NCBI RefSeq assembly: GCF_018350175.1
Contig: NC_058368.1
Span: 135,844,001 to 135,908,000 of the forward strand
Length of the DNA: 64,000 nucleotides
From: Felis catus
Lineage: Eukaryota
Direction: 5' to 3'
Shown: one piece after another, positions 24,905-39,199 of the stretch
How positions within the stretch are numbered: position 1 is the first letter of the stretch
How the letters are laid out: each line of letters starts with the position of its first letter
Made by a program: the position numbers and the translations under genes
The notes under the pieces: model-generated
Told to the model about the DNA's origin: nothing
What the model saw: only the letters and a program-made list of their open reading frames with translations
The model's database searches: none

Positions 24905-25539
24905 GTCAGTACCCACAGTGCCTGGGAGGAGCAGTGAGAGAGGAAGCGAGAAATCTGAGCTTTCTTCAGGTCGATGTGGGGAAGCCATAATAACTGGGTA
25001 CATTTGCTGTCTGTGTCTGGGAAAGTCATTTGAGATCTTCGAAGGGACTAGTCAGGATTACAATTCACATTATATAATTTTGTGTCTTTTGCCCTCAATT
25101 ACTAAATAATTACACACAGTTATAAAACAGTCATTTTATTTTTTTATGTAAGTAAAATGTCAGTGTTCCTCAGGTCCGTACTGAATCCGTCAGGGTCCCA
25201 AAGGAGACGGATGGCACACTCCAACTAATTTGAAAAAGATTTTTTCACACAGGGGTGGGTGTAGGGGAGCTACCAGGGGTCGTGCGTTCTCCAGGGATAA
25301 GTAACAGCCAAGCGGTTACCACCCCAAGTCCAAAGAACACAATGGTAAGGACAGAGAGTTGATCTGAGCTGTTAGCTCATCCCATCAGACTGATAACCAT
25401 GATTGTGACAGAGGGAACCAGGGAGGAGACGCCAGTCACCAGGGACTCAAGCATTTTCTGTAATGCTCTGGAGTTTGTGGGGGGGGAGGGGGGGTTTGCA
25501 TGTTAATATTTCTGAAGTCAGGATGCCCTGATAATCAGT

Positions 25540-26030
25540 GGCACTTTTTTTTCTCATGTGCATTTTTTATTGAGGCAAAATTCACATATAAAATTCACTC
25601 TTTTAAAATGAACAATTCAGTGAATTTTAGTTCATTCACAAAGTTGTATAACCATTACCACCCCCTAATTCCAGACCGTTTTCATCACCCCAGAAAGAAA
25701 CGCCATACTCATCAGCACACAACTCCCCATTCCCTCCCCCCTCCAATCACTAACCATTGTTAATGTACTTTTTGTCTGTATGGATTTATTTCAAACTCTT
25801 CATATAAATGGGATGATTTAATATGTGGCCTTTTGTGTCTGGCTTCTTTTCATAATGTTTTTAAGGTTCATTTATATTGTAGGAATATTCGGGATTTCAT
25901 TCCTTTTTATGGTATTTATTCCATTGTATCTATATACCACATTTCATTTATCCATTTATCAGCTGATGGATGCTTTGGTTGTTTCTAGTTTTTGGCTGTT
26001 ATGAATAATGCTATGAACTTTTGTGTGTAA
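25540..26030 (-). mobile_element. L1MB-type 3' end
   Basis: tttttattgaggcaaaattcacata...ttcacaaagttgtataacc...ttttcatcaccccagaaagaaac. Confidence 0.8.
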
Positions 26031-26339
26031 TATCCTACCCTTTTAAAAGACAATGTGTTAATCTATTATTCATATAATTCAAATTTTTAATTTTAATTTT
26101 TTTATTTCAAAAAGAGAGAGCATGAGCAAGGGAGAGGGGCAGTAGGAAAGAGAAAGAGAAAGAATCTTAAGCAGGCTCCACAAACTGCGAAATGATGACC
26201 TGAGCCAAAATCAAGAGTCAGATACTCAGTCGGCCTTACCACCCAGGGATCCTTGTAATTCAAATTTTTAAAACTCACACAGCATTTTTAACAAATGTCA
26301 AACAACTCAACGTATGTATGTAACTAATATATATATGTA

Positions 26340-27070
26340 GGGGCGCCTGGGTGGCACAGTCGGTTAAGCGTCCAACTTCAGCCAGGTCACGATCTCGCGG
26401 TCCGTGAGTTCAAGCCCCGCGTCAGGCTCTGGGCTGATGGCTTGGAGCCTGTTTCCGATTCTGTGTCTCCCTCTCTCTCTGCCCCTCCCCTGTTCATGCT
26501 CTGTCTCTCTCTGTCCCAAAAATAAATAAACGTTGAAAAAAAAAATTTAATATATAATGTATATATAGTGCCCCTGAAATCCATATTGACTGAGCATCTT
26601 TGTTTTGACCACAAACTTTTTTTTTTAATGTTTTTTAACGTTTATTTATTTTTGAGACAGAGAGAGACAGAGCATGAACAGGGGAGGGGCAGAGAGAAAG
26701 GGAGACACAGAATCTGAAACAGGCTCCAGGCTCTGAGCTGTCAGCACAGAGCCCGACGCGGGGCTCGAACTCACAGACCGTGAGATCATGACCTGAGCCG
26801 AAGTCGGATGTTTAACCAACCAAGCCTCCCAGGCACCCCGACCACAAACTTTTTTAAAAATTTATTTTTTAATGTTTTTATTTATTTTTGAGGGGGGGGG
26901 GGACATAGAGCGCGAGCAGGGGAGCAGCAGAGAGAGAGGAAGACCTAGAATCCAAAGCATGCTCCAGGCTGTTAGCGCAGAGCCCGATATGGGGCTCAAA
27001 CTGAAGAGACGTCAGATCAAGACCTGAGCTGAAGTCAGACACTCAACCGACTGAGCCACTCAGGCGCCCC
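26340..27070. mobile_element. SINE cluster (young + copy, two - copies)
   Basis: SINE consensus motifs; TSD accacaaacttttt. Confidence 0.9.
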
Positions 27071-27846
27071 AACGATAAACTTTTAAGTGTACATTTAAAT
27101 CATTTGTAATTACGAGCTCTCTAAGCCAAAATAACCAGAGTAGTAACATTTTCCCAATCCTGGAGCAATGGAATGGTGTTATCTGTGACATACTGGCACC
27201 AGGAAGGAGGAGAAATCCAGCAAATACTGTAGGTCAAGGGTCAGTTAGTACCACTTGAAAAACAAGCAAGGTCCATAGGTCCAAGAAGGACACCCAAATT
27301 TATAGGCCCTTAAAGGAGTGCAGGAAGGAATGAGCAGGCCCCAGGAAACTGGATTGGCTCAGGCTGGGAAGAGCAAGCTGGTTGACAGATAAGATGCTGA
27401 GCAATCCAGTTGTGCAGTGGAGTCTTTGAGTCTAGACCCAGTGGACTCCAGTGTATGGGCTTTGTGTGATGGGCAAGGGCTCAGGCATGTGGGTCTGCAA
27501 CTGAGGGGTATAAAGTCCTAATTCTGGTAGGGGCTGAGACTCGGCCTTCCCATGATATTTCTGTACAGTATCAACAATAGTCATTTCCTCTGGTTTGTAC
27601 ACAGCATGGCAAGTAAGTAACCAGATGAAAAGGCCACAGTCTCAGTGTCTCCTCTAGTTCTTATCTAAAGTAGAAATATTAGGGGCACTGGGGTGGCTCA
27701 GTCGGTTGAGCGTTCAACTTCAGCTCAGGTCATGATCTCGCAGTTCGTGAGTTCAAGCCCTGTGTGGGGTCTGTGCTGACAGCTCAGAGCCTGGAGCCTG
27801 TTTCGGATTCTGTTTCCCTCTGTCCCTGCCCCTCCTCCACTCTCAC

Positions 27847-27886
<40 letters not shown>

Positions 27887-29108
27887 AAAAATAAATAAAC
27901 ATTAAAAAATTTTACAAATAATAATAAAATAGAAATATTAATTGTATCACAAAATTTAACATCTCCTCGGCCACAGGCTGAGCTTTGCCATGGGTGGGGG
28001 CCTGCCAGGTCTGTTCATTTCCCACCAGGTCCCCAGGGAGGGGCGTTTCCAAGCACAGTGGGCCCATTTGCAGGCACACGTTCTCTCACAAACCTGGTTG
28101 TGTGCCCTTGAAAAATTAATCACATAACTTTTTTAAGCCCACAAAATAGAAATAATGCTCAAAATAATCTCTCTGGTCCTCACTGTCTGAAATTCAGTTT
28201 CTGTGACAGAGTCTAGGAGAGGTTTTGCAGCTCTTATCTGTGCTGTGTCTCCAGCACAGCACCCCTGGCCCCAGGCAGCTAGTTTACTTCCAGGCCAGGA
28301 CCCATTCATACAGGTGACAGTTGAATTACCAAGGTCATCTCGATGCTGGCAAAGGATGAAAACACAATTGAAACTCATACAAAAGACACTGAAGAATCAA
28401 AATGTATTGCAAAAAGGATATGGGTGGGTGATGAAAAAAATGTTCTCGGGAGGCTTTTAGAACTATAAATTATTATATTTTCTCTTTTATGTATTAGGTT
28501 TACAGTGTTTGACAACTCTAAAGCACTGGTTTACACAGATAAATGAGGGCATTGTTCTAGTAATCTGTTCCCTTTGGTTCAATCCATTAAGTAACTTCAT
28601 ATTTACTATAAAACTTAAAGTTAGAAGGAACCTTCTATTAGTTATTTTTGAAAATTGAATAGTCTCAACCTCTTAGTCCCGGTGTATAATATAGTTATTA
28701 CATACCGAGCACTTTATAAGTATCATTTCAAATAAGTACAGCTTCTCACAACCTTATGAGGTCCTTGTGGTTATTATTTCCATGTTCCCAGTAAGGAAAG
28801 TGAGCCTCAGGATGAGTAGCTTGCTCAGGGTCAGACACCTGGCAAGCAGTGGCCCTGAGACTCAGTTCTGGTTTCACACAGGCGGGGGCCTTTCTCTCTC
28901 TTCACCCCTAGATCCCAGTGTGTGGTGAGTGGTAAGCCCTCTAATCTGTATCCATTGAATTGAATTTTAGTGTGTGAATATTTTCATTATAGTCTTAGAT
29001 AAAAATTATTTTTTGTTCTAATCCCCAGTGTACTTCTGAGACATTCTTGAGATATGATTTGAGTAAATCCTGGTGTTTTAATTCAAGTATACAATATATT
29101 ATTTTTAG

Positions 29109-29159
29109 GAACATGAAAGAATTTCAAGAATCCATGAAGAGTTTAAGAAAAAAAAGAAT
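29109..29159 (+). CDS. MARVELD2: MARVELD2 exon 6 (51 nt)
   Basis: tttAG / GTGAGT splice sites; encodes EHERISRIHEEFKKKKN. Confidence 0.95.
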
Positions 29160-29941
29160 GTGAGTAAAACCATTTTCTTCTTCAAAGTATTTTCTCATCC
29201 AGGTGCCGTGGTGAGTTGACAGACCTTAGATTCTCTCAGCTAAAGTAGTTCTTTTTAAATTTTTTTTTTTGTTTGTTTATTTATTTTGAGAGAGAGAGAA
29301 AGAGAAAGAATCCCAAGCATGCCCTGTGCTGTCAGTGCAGTCTGACCCTGGGGTCGATCCCACGAGCCTGGGAACATAACCTGAGCCAAAGTCAAGAGTC
29401 AGACGCTCAACCAACTGAGCCACCCAGGCGCTCCTCTTTTTTCTAGTATTTGTTAAGATGGTACTTACTAGAGAACATGAGTAGCTCCTGAATGTCTTCT
29501 GTTACATCCTAGTTTAGCAACCTAGGGAAATGAACACCCGATATAGAACTTTTCACTGACATTTCCTTCAAAAAGATTAAGTTATTTTATGTTTGTCACT
29601 CCATCCTTAACTTAATTGCACAGAGAAGTAGAGCCTGGAGAGAGCTTTTATTAATCTTTTTCTGCACTTATTATTTGCTCCTTGATATAATTTAAACTAC
29701 CAAAGTTAAAGTTGTCTCAGCTCTCTGTATTTCCCACTCAATTTTGCTGTGAAACTAACACTATTGTAAAAAGTAAAATCTATTTTAAAAATGTAGAGAC
29801 ATGCTCTTCTTATCAGGAAGATTTTGAAATCTGTTGCAGAAACTCTCCCATGAAGGGTCATTTTCTGGATGATAATGTCTGTTTCTGTGTTCTTCACTGA
29901 GGAAACTGGAGGCTGAAATAATGGCTGTGTTTCTTTTTCAG

Positions 29942-30064
29942 GATCCTACATTTCTGGAAAAAAAAGAGCGCTGTGATTATCTAAAGAATAAACTTTCTCA
30001 CATAAAGCAAAGAATTCAAGAATATGATAAAGTAATGAATTGGAATGTACAAGGTTATTCTTAA
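29942..30064 (+). CDS. MARVELD2: MARVELD2 exon 7, terminal coding part
   Basis: ttcAG acceptor; encodes [40 protein letters not shown]. Exon lengths sum to 1680 nt = 559 aa + stop. Confidence 0.96.
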   Translation, partial: DPTFLEKKERCDYLKNKLSHIKQRIQEYDKVMNWNVQGYS

Positions 30065-32070
30065 CCTTGTTTGAAACCACTTTTTTTTTTTTATATTAAA
30101 CTTACTATTTATTTACTGTCTTTTTCATGCTAGTCTACGATAGAGAAAAGCATGTGCTTCCGGCATCGGCTTTTAATTGGTGTAGCCAGTCAGCCATGTT
30201 ATGATAGTATGATTCCACTTGACACATTTCAAAACAGATTCGGATTTACCAAGGGTAAGAAATGGTATGTTCATCTGTGTGCATTTTATATTTATCTTGT
30301 TAAAAGTAGCTTAGAGATCATACCCTTGCAGTGTGATGGACACAAAGAGTATCAATTCTGGTGCCGCATTTTCCTTTTTCACTCAGGCCACGCCTGGGAT
30401 TTCTCTAGGACACATTTCTCTTCCAGCCCAAGTGTGATTTCTTCTCTTGAAAGGGATTTGAATCTGAGATCCACATTTTTAAGTCTTATGATCTTGGGCA
30501 AGTTCCTTAATCTCTCTGTGCCTATTTTCTCGTCTGTAAAAATGGAGCTAATAATAGTGCCTCCCTTGTAGGGTTGTTATGAGGATTAGATGAGTTAATA
30601 TTTGTAAAGCACTTAGAATAGACCCTGGCACATTATACGCAGTACCTTAGAGTGTATGAAATCTGTAGCAGTGATTGTGACACGAACAAACTAGCAAGGA
30701 AAGGTTTTTAATGGGCAAGTTCAGCCAGCTAACCGCAAGTCCCACGTGTCTCATGAATTTCTTTCTTTGCTGTTAATAACTCTTAACCACGCGTAGCCTT
30801 AAGCGGATGCTTCCTTGTGGATCTGTGCCCATTGGGGTCCACCACATCTTTCCTCTCGTTCATCAGTGTCACTGGGCACATATGTCCACATCCCCACAGC
30901 CCAGCCATTCCTGTATACATTCAGTGTGAGGTATGTGTGACCATTGTTGCGTTTTCTGTCCTGTTTGGGTGTCCCTCTAAGGCCCCATGATCTTACTTTT
31001 ACTTGGGACCTCCTTTTGACTTATTGTGATGTTTGGTCTTCCTAAGCATTATCTTGGCTTTGGGGCTTTATTCATGAAAAATGTTTTGTTTTTATCAGTA
31101 TGAACAGTGGACTACCTGAAAAAATGTTTTTAAAAAATCACTGTTATTATTGCTATTCCACAGCATCTATCTTGGAGATACTTTCCTAGGTGCAGAAGTA
31201 CAATTTCTGCTTAACGTAGCTGCCATTCAAACAAGTGATGTTCAAAGAATTTACTAAAGTGATGAAACCAAAGAAAGCATGTGGAAAAGCAAGAGGCTTA
31301 AAAACTGTTGCATACTAAATGGACTTCCTAGTTTTTCTTTATCATTGAAATCTTAGTGTTTATTGTTAATATTTTAATTCCATGGCTCTCAGACTATGCT
31401 TTAGGCCCTAAGCAACTTAGCAGGTGACACCTAGGGAAGAGTGAGGCCCCTATAAAGTCCCCTCAACTGCAACAACTTCACCTGTTTTACATATTGGGAC
31501 TCCATGTTAACATTTCACTTAAGATGCATACCAGTGCTTTAAGAAGAGGAAAAGTAACATGAAATAATGCCATTTTGATAGATTATAAAGATTTGTATTG
31601 AAATGAAGTGTTAGATTTAACTTTGTGAAATTTAATTTAACTCTAATTATAAATGTTAACCTTTGAAAAACCAATGTTGTCACACTGACTTTTTAATTTT
31701 TTTATGTCAATACCTGGGCATATTAAAATTTCAATTACTTGTTTTTTGTGTGTACCCTTTATTTACTTATTTTTAAATGTTTGTTTATTTGAGAAAGAGA
31801 GCACAAACAGGAGAGGGGCAGAGAGAGAGGGGGACACAGGATCCAAAGCGGGTTCTGTACCGATAGCAAGAGATCCCAACATGGGGCTCAAACTCAAAAA
31901 CTTTGAGATCATGACCTGAGCCAAAGTCGGACACTTAACTGATTGAGCCACCCAGGTGCCCCATGCATGCCCTTTATTGTTTGCTTTTCTAGCATTCCTG
32001 TGTTGACTGGGCATGTTCTTGAAAATGTTTTCCATTATCAGAAAATAAACTGGAAAGTCATTGAAAACCT
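30065..32070 (+). terminator. MARVELD2: MARVELD2 3'UTR with candidate proximal and distal poly(A) signals
   Basis: ATTAAA 30095-30100; ATTAAA 31722-31727 followed by a GU-rich tract; AATAAA 32044-32049. The true end is not determinable from sequence. Confidence 0.5.
30452..30632 (+). mobile_element. MIR in MARVELD2 3' region
   Basis: MIR core: cttgggcaagttccttaatctctctgtgcct...tctgtaaaaatgg...gggttgttatgaggatta. Confidence 0.85.
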
Positions 32071-32129
32071 GTAGGTCATGATGTTCAGGTGACAGTTTCC
32101 TCCTCCCCCATTATTTGCAAAAATTCAAA

Positions 32130-32542
32130 GCCAAGGCCACCGTGCACCACAGGCTGAGTGGCTTAAAATAACAGAAATCTATTGTATCACGGTTCTCCAG
32201 GCAGGGGCTTGAAATCCAGGTGTCAGCAGAGCCAAGCTCTCTCTGAAACCTGTAGGGAAATCCTTCCTAGCTCCTGGTAGTTGGCTGGCCATCTTTGGTG
32301 TTCCTTGGCTTATGTATTAATCATCCCAGTCCTCCGCCTTCACATTGCCTTCTGGTGTCTCTGTCTTCACGTGGCTATCTTCTTAGGACACTAGTCATAT
32401 TGGATTAGGGACTCATCCTCTCTACTATGCCCTCATGTTAACTAATTGCACCTGCAAAGACCCTATTTCCAAATAACGTCACATTCTGGACATACCAGAG
32501 GTTAGAACTTTTTGGGGGTAAGGATACAATTTAACCCATAGC
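32130..32542 (-). mobile_element. MaLR LTR (MLT1-type)
   Basis: gtggcttaaaataacagaaat...aggacactagtcatattggattaggg...cctatttccaaataa. Confidence 0.8.
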
Positions 32543-33361
32543 AGTCATTTTTGGCAAGTTGTGAGATTCAGAAGCAAAGATATTTTCCAGTACATTTTAT
32601 TTCTTCCAGATAACTTTAACATGTATTCTAATTTGAAACTTAATATAAGAATATGTCAATATATCTATAAACATTTTATTTTAGAGAGTGTATGCACACA
32701 AGCAAGGGAAAAGGACAGAGAGAGAGAGAGAGACAGAATCTCAAGCAGGCTCCACACTGAGCACAGAATCTGACACAGTGCTGAATCCCACAATCCTGGG
32801 ATCATGACCTGAGCCAAGATCAAGAGTCAGATGCTTAACCAACTGAGCCATCCACATGCCCCGAGAATATGTCAATATATTTAAAACTTAGAAAGAAGAA
32901 GGTATGTATTCTTCACTCATTCATTTGCCAGTTATGTGCCAAATGCTTTCATTGGCCAGATGCTACTCTAGCATTGAGGGTACAGTAGTGGGTGATACAG
33001 AAAACCCAAGACTTTTGTCTAATGGGAGATACGAATGAGACAACCAGGGCTTGATAATGAAATACACGTTTTTGTTATGTGCATTTCTAGAAATGGTTTG
33101 TGTAGTGAACTTGATACTGAGATGCACCAATGTTCAAAAGATAGACAATATAGGAAAAATATATAATTATTTCTGATTCTTATCTTTAAAAAAAAACAAA
33201 CAACAATTGTAGGGGCACCTGGGTGGCTTAGTTGAACGTCTGACTTGGGCTCAGGTCAGGATCTCACAGTTCATGAGATCAAGCCCCACACTGGGCTCAC
33301 GGCTGTCAGCACAGAGCTTACTTTGAATTCTCTGTTCGCCTCTTTTTCTGCCCCTCCCCAA

Positions 33362-33399
<38 letters not shown>

Positions 33400-33773
33400 T
33401 AAATTAAAAAATTTTTTAAATAAAATAAAAACTATTATAGAATAATTTTTTAAAGAAAAAAAATAGTGTAAAAGCTAAGAAAATAAAAGTCCCACCACTA
33501 TTGGGGTACCTGGCTGGCTCAGTCAGTAGAACAGATGACTCCTGATCTTAGGGTCATGACTTTGAGCCCCTTGTTGGGTATAGAGATTACTTAAAAAAAT
33601 AAATAAAAGTTGGGGTGCCTGGGTGGCTCAGTCGGTTGGGCAGCCCACTACGGCTCAGGTCATGATCTCATGGTCTGTGAGTTCAAGCCCCACATCGAGC
33701 TCTGTGCTGACAGCTCAGAGCCTGGAGCTTACTTCTGATTCTGTGCCTCCCTCTCTCTGCCCCTTCCCTGCTT

Positions 33774-33830
<57 letters not shown>

Positions 33831-36554
33831 AATAATAAAAAAAAAAATTAAAAAAATTTTTTTTAAATAAAAGTCCCACCACTATCAATTCTACTACCTG
33901 TCAATATATACTGTTTGGAACATATCCTCCCAGTCTCTCTCTTTTTTTTAATGTTTATTATTTTTATTTATTTATTTATTTTTATTTTACATTTATTTTT
34001 GAGAAACAGTGAGACAAAGCGTGAGCAGGGGAGGGGCAGAGAGAGAAGGAGACAGAATCTGAAGCAGGCTTCAGGCTCTGAGCAAGCAGTCAGCACAGAG
34101 CCTAATGCGGGGCTCGAACCCACGAACTCTGAGATCATGACCTGAGCCAAAGTTGGATGCTAACCAACTGAGCCACCCAGGCCCCCCAATGTTTATTACT
34201 TTTTGAGAGAGTCACAGAGAAAAGGAGAGAGAGAATAGCAAGCAGACTCCCTGCCATCAGCACAGAGCCAGACACAGGCTCAAACCCATGAAACATGAGA
34301 TCATGACCTGAGCTGAAACCAAGAGTTGAGCACTTAACCGACTGAGCAAACTAGGTGCCCCTCCGGTCTTTTTATGATCCATATAATCATTTTTACATTG
34401 TCTACATTAATACTTTAAATGCGTTTTTAAAGAGGAGTATCTGAGGGGCACCTAAATGACTCGGTTGAGCGTCCAACTTTGGCTCAGGTCATGACCTCAC
34501 GGTTTGGGAGTTTGAGCCACTGCTCAAACTGCTTTCAGCATAGAGCCCACTTTGGATCCTCTGTCCCCCTCTCTCTCTCTTCCCCTTCTCAGCTATCATT
34601 TTCTCAAAAATAAACATTAAAAAAAAGAAAAGAAAGGCGCACCTGGGTGGCTCAGTCAGTTGAGCGTCCAACTAGAGTTCAGGTCATGATCTCACGGTTT
34701 GTGGGTTCGAGCCCCGCGTCGGGCTCTGTGCTGATAACTCAGAGCCAGGAGCCTTCCAATTCTGTGTCTCCCTGTTTCTCTGCCCCTCCCCTGCCTGTGC
34801 TCTGTCTCTCTCTCTCAAGAATAAGCATTAAAAAAGAATTTAAAAATCAATCAATCAGTAAATAAGAGGAGTATCTGAAAGGCTGCACCAGCAAAGGATA
34901 GAGCGACTCTCCTATACTAGAGAAGCTGGGAGTGGTCTCAAGGTAAGGAGGGTGCAGCCCAGTAGATGCAGAAGGTAGACTTTTGAGCTTGTCACAACCG
35001 AGACTCCATTACTGACTGTGTGATCTTAACCACTGAATCTCTCTAAGCATCCTCCTCCTTACCTGTGACATGGGGATACAGTTACTGCTTAAGGAAGCAA
35101 ATGTGAAAATTTAATGGAATAATATATGTGAAATATTAGGAACATGCTTGCTCAGTAAATGGCTGGGTATTCAAAACACACTTTTCGTTGTGTTAGATGG
35201 TGAGTTGACTATTTTAAAGGTACAATATCAAAGTAACTTTAATAATAACAATAATAAAAGGCTTTTTCAGGAAGGATGTAAGTGCTACATGTATTGTAGA
35301 AAATGTACAAAATGAAGGTAAGCTTATACTCTTCCTCTGGAACACACACAAATAAAATTGCCCATATTTCTACCCCTGCTTACCCCCAAGAGATAGTTCC
35401 TGTTAACATTTTGGAGCATAGCCCCCATCTTACTGAGGCATGTACTTACATATGTATATAAAGGACAGCTTTAGTATTTACAAAAAAAATTTTATTGTCT
35501 ATTATGTTGTGTTTTAGCATAATAAACTAGATCATTTATTTTTCTAAATTTAGGGTTTTTATGCTATTTCATTTTAATACAATTCAGTTACATAATTGTT
35601 TTAAAGTTATTGATGTTCATATTATAAAAAGCATGGAATGGGAGTTAAATCTAGGTTCAAGCTGTGTGGCCTCAGGCAAGTCACTAAACTCCTCTGAGCA
35701 ATGAGAGCAGATGGGATTAAAAAAATAACCTCAAATCTTAGTATAAATGAAAATTCTCTATGAAAATGCTTACATTTAATTTGACTTTTTTTGGCTCTGA
35801 TAATATAACCAATAAGAACTTTTCATTAGGCAAAGTACAGTTCATTATTAATAACTTGAGCTATTAATGAGTACATTTATATAACCAGGGCTTCTTTGGA
35901 AGTCTGTATATTCTAGTGCAGACTACTATCTCCACAACGGCTTTTGATGCATTCAGATGCCAATGCGAAAGGAGGAAAGAAAGGCTGGAGACCAGGGAAT
36001 ACGTTTTCCAACTAACAAGATACAGACTGGACACCTTACTTTTTTTTTTTAATTTTTTTTAATGTTTATTTATTTTTGAGAGAGACAGAGCATGAGCAGG
36101 GGAGGGGCAGAGAGAGATAGGGAGACACAGAATCTGAAGCAGGCTCCAGGCTCCCAGCTGTCAGCACAGAGCCGGACATGGGGCTCGAACTCACAAGCTG
36201 CTAGATCATGACCTGCGCTGAAGTTGGATGCTCAACTGACTGAGCCACCCAGGAACCCCCTTTCTGTATAAAGAAGGGAAAAAAGGCTACCAGATAGGAG
36301 AAGCTTATCACAGACCCCACCTCCAGGTATGTATTTAAAGACATAATTCTGTTTGCCCTGTAATTTGTTTAATGGCTAAGCCTGCCATTTAGTTGCTTTG
36401 GAGAAACTACAATTATTGCAACATGTCCCATAGTAGGCATTTAACGGGACAGTTTGAATTATAAGTAGCACACAAGGTTTCTCTTTTCACAACAAACACC
36501 CTTTTGTACTACCAATTAAAATGAGAAATATGTGTATATTTTTTTAAATGTCTA

Positions 36555-38024
36555 AAGGAAGTATAACATAAAATGTTATATCAGTTTCAGGTGCACAACA
36601 TAATGATTCAACAGTTATAAACATTGTGGAGTGCTCTCCATGATAAGTGTAGTCACCAGCTATCATCATAACAAATTTATTACAATATTATTGACTACAT
36701 TCTCTATGCTGTACTCTTCTTCCCAGTGACTTATTTGTTTTATAACCAAGTTTGTACTTCTTAATCCCCTTCACTTATTTTGCCTATCCCTTCACCCCCC
36801 TCTCCTCTGGCAACCAGCAATTTATTTTCTTTATTCGTTTTTGTTGTTTGCTTGTTTTGTTCTTAGAAATCATGTGGTATTTGTCTTTTTCTCACTTGGT
36901 ACATTTAGTATAATACCCTCTGGGTCCATCCAGGCTGATGCAAATGGCAACATTTCATTCTTTTCTATGGCTGAGTAATAACTTCATTGTATTATCTATA
37001 AACATATCTTCATTCATTCATCAATCTGTGGATCCAGGTTGCTTTCATATCTTGGCTGTTGTAAATAATGTTGCAACACACATACGGGTGCATATATCTT
37101 TTCAAATTAGTGTTTTCACTTTCTTTGGATAAATACCCAGAAGTAGAATTACTAGATCATATAGTACTTCTATTTCAAGTTTTTTGAGGAACCTCCATGC
37201 TGTTTCCACAGTGGCTGCACCAATCTACATTCTCACCAGCAAGGCACAAGGGTTCTCTTTTTTCCACATCCTCATCAAAGCTTGTTATTTCTTGTCCTTT
37301 TGATACTAGCCATTCTGACTGGTGTAAGGTCATAGCTCATTGTGATTGTGATTTGCGTTTCCCTGATGAGTAGTGATATTAAGCATCTTTTCATGTGTCT
37401 GTTGGCCATCTGTATGTCTTCTTTGGAAAAATGTCTATTCAGGCTTTCTGTCCATTTTTAATAGGATGATTTGGGGTTGTTTTTGGTGTTGAGTTGTATG
37501 ATTTCTTTACATATTTAGGATATTCACCCCTTATTGGATATATCATTAGTAAGTATCTTTCTCCCAGTCAGTAGGTTGCCTTTTCATTTTGCTTATGGTT
37601 TTCTTTGCTGTGCATAAGTTTTTTAGTTTAATGTAGCCCCAGTGATTTCTTTTTTGCTTTTGTTTCCCTTGCCTGGAAAATATATTTTCTGAGACATATC
37701 CGGAAAAATATGGCCAAGGTCAATGTTCGTGAATTTGCTGCCTATGTTTTCTTCTAGGAGTTTTATGGTTTCAGGTCTCGCATTTAGGTCTTTAATCCAT
37801 TTTGAGTCTATTTTTGTGTTTGGTGTAGGAAAGAAGTCCAGTTTCATTCTTTGTAGGTAGCTGTCCAGTTTTCCCAGCACCATTTGTTGAAGAGACTGTC
37901 TTTACTCCAGTTGCATATTCTTGCCTCCTTTGTTGTAGATTAATTGACCTTACAAGCATGAGTTTCTCTCTGGGCTCTGTATCCTTTCCTGTTGATCTAT
38001 ATGTCTAATTTTTGTTCCAGTACC

Positions 38025-38085
<61 letters not shown>

Positions 38086-38420
38086 GAGAGACAGAGAAAG
38101 TGCGAGTTGGGGAGAAGGGCAAAGAGAGAAAGAGAAAGAATCTTTAGCAGGCTCCATGCTCAACATGGAGCCCAACTTGGGGCTCAATCCCATGACCCTG
38201 GGATCATGACCTGAGCCAAAATCAAGAGTTAGATGCTCAGCCTACGGAGCCACCCAGGTGCCCGTATACTGTTTTGATTATTATAACTTTGTAATATGGC
38301 TTGAAATATGGTATTGTGATACCTCCAGCTTGGTTCTTCTTTCTCAAGATTGTGTTGGCTATTCAAAGCCTTTTGTGACTCCATACAGTTTTTATGGTTT
38401 TTTTTGTTCTGGTTGTGTAA
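36555..38420 (-). mobile_element. L1 3' portion (ORF2 end + 3'UTR) with SINE and (TG)n inserted at 38028-38263
   Basis: Minus ORF 37623-37883 ([25 protein letters not shown]) is L1 ORF2. Confidence 0.92.
38028..38083. repeat. (TG)n dinucleotide microsatellite
   Basis: Seen directly in sequence. Confidence 0.97.
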
Positions 38421-39199
38421 AAACAACACATATTTGTAATCATCATTTATGGGAAGATTTGAATAGGAGGATTCAGCAGTCAGAGTTCTTAGTTAGAAGC
38501 CACAGAAAGCAAAGCTGGTTGATTTAAGAAGAGGGGTTTATTAGCACCTGCTGTCTAGCTTACAGCATTGTTGGGGTGGCTGTAGAACTGCATTGGACAC
38601 TATGTGACAGCCTATGCATTGTCCACAATGACACCTAAAACCCCATCTGCTGAGAATAGCTCTCCATGCCAAATGTACCACCAACTCTGCTGGAAGCACT
38701 CATGACTCAGATTCAGATAATTCAGAGTGAGAAGCGGATTGAGGCAACTAGGTCACTTGCCCCACTCCGGTTACAAAGGAGACTGGGATGACAAGGGCCT
38801 TTGAGCTTCAGTACGAGAGCTGGGCCTTCCAACCGAGATTCATCACTCGGGGAATTCCCCAAAAGTATGAAGGGATTTGGATGCTGACAGCTAAAGGAAA
38901 ACAAATATCACCTACCCAATAGTAGTTGTCCTAACTGTGAGTGTAGTTAGGGATTTAAATTACTCACTTATGAATAGTCCAGATACAGCCAATGCCAAAA
39001 CATCTTTAGCCTTAGCACTTCTGAGAGAAAAGGCAGGGAGGGTCCCCACTAATTTCCTAGACATAGGAGGTGTGTTCCTTGACTCCGGGCTTGAGATTCA
39101 GAAAGCATTATCACCCAAAAAACACTGCAGTGCAATAATTTCCTGGCCTTACCAAAATAAGTCAGGTTTTCCTATTATACGCTCTTAAACACCCGTGCC

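Noticed and set aside
30152..30571. 139-aa ATG ORF after the MARVELD2 stop
   Set aside because: It lies in the 3'UTR, its end is MIR-derived and it has no recognisable homology.
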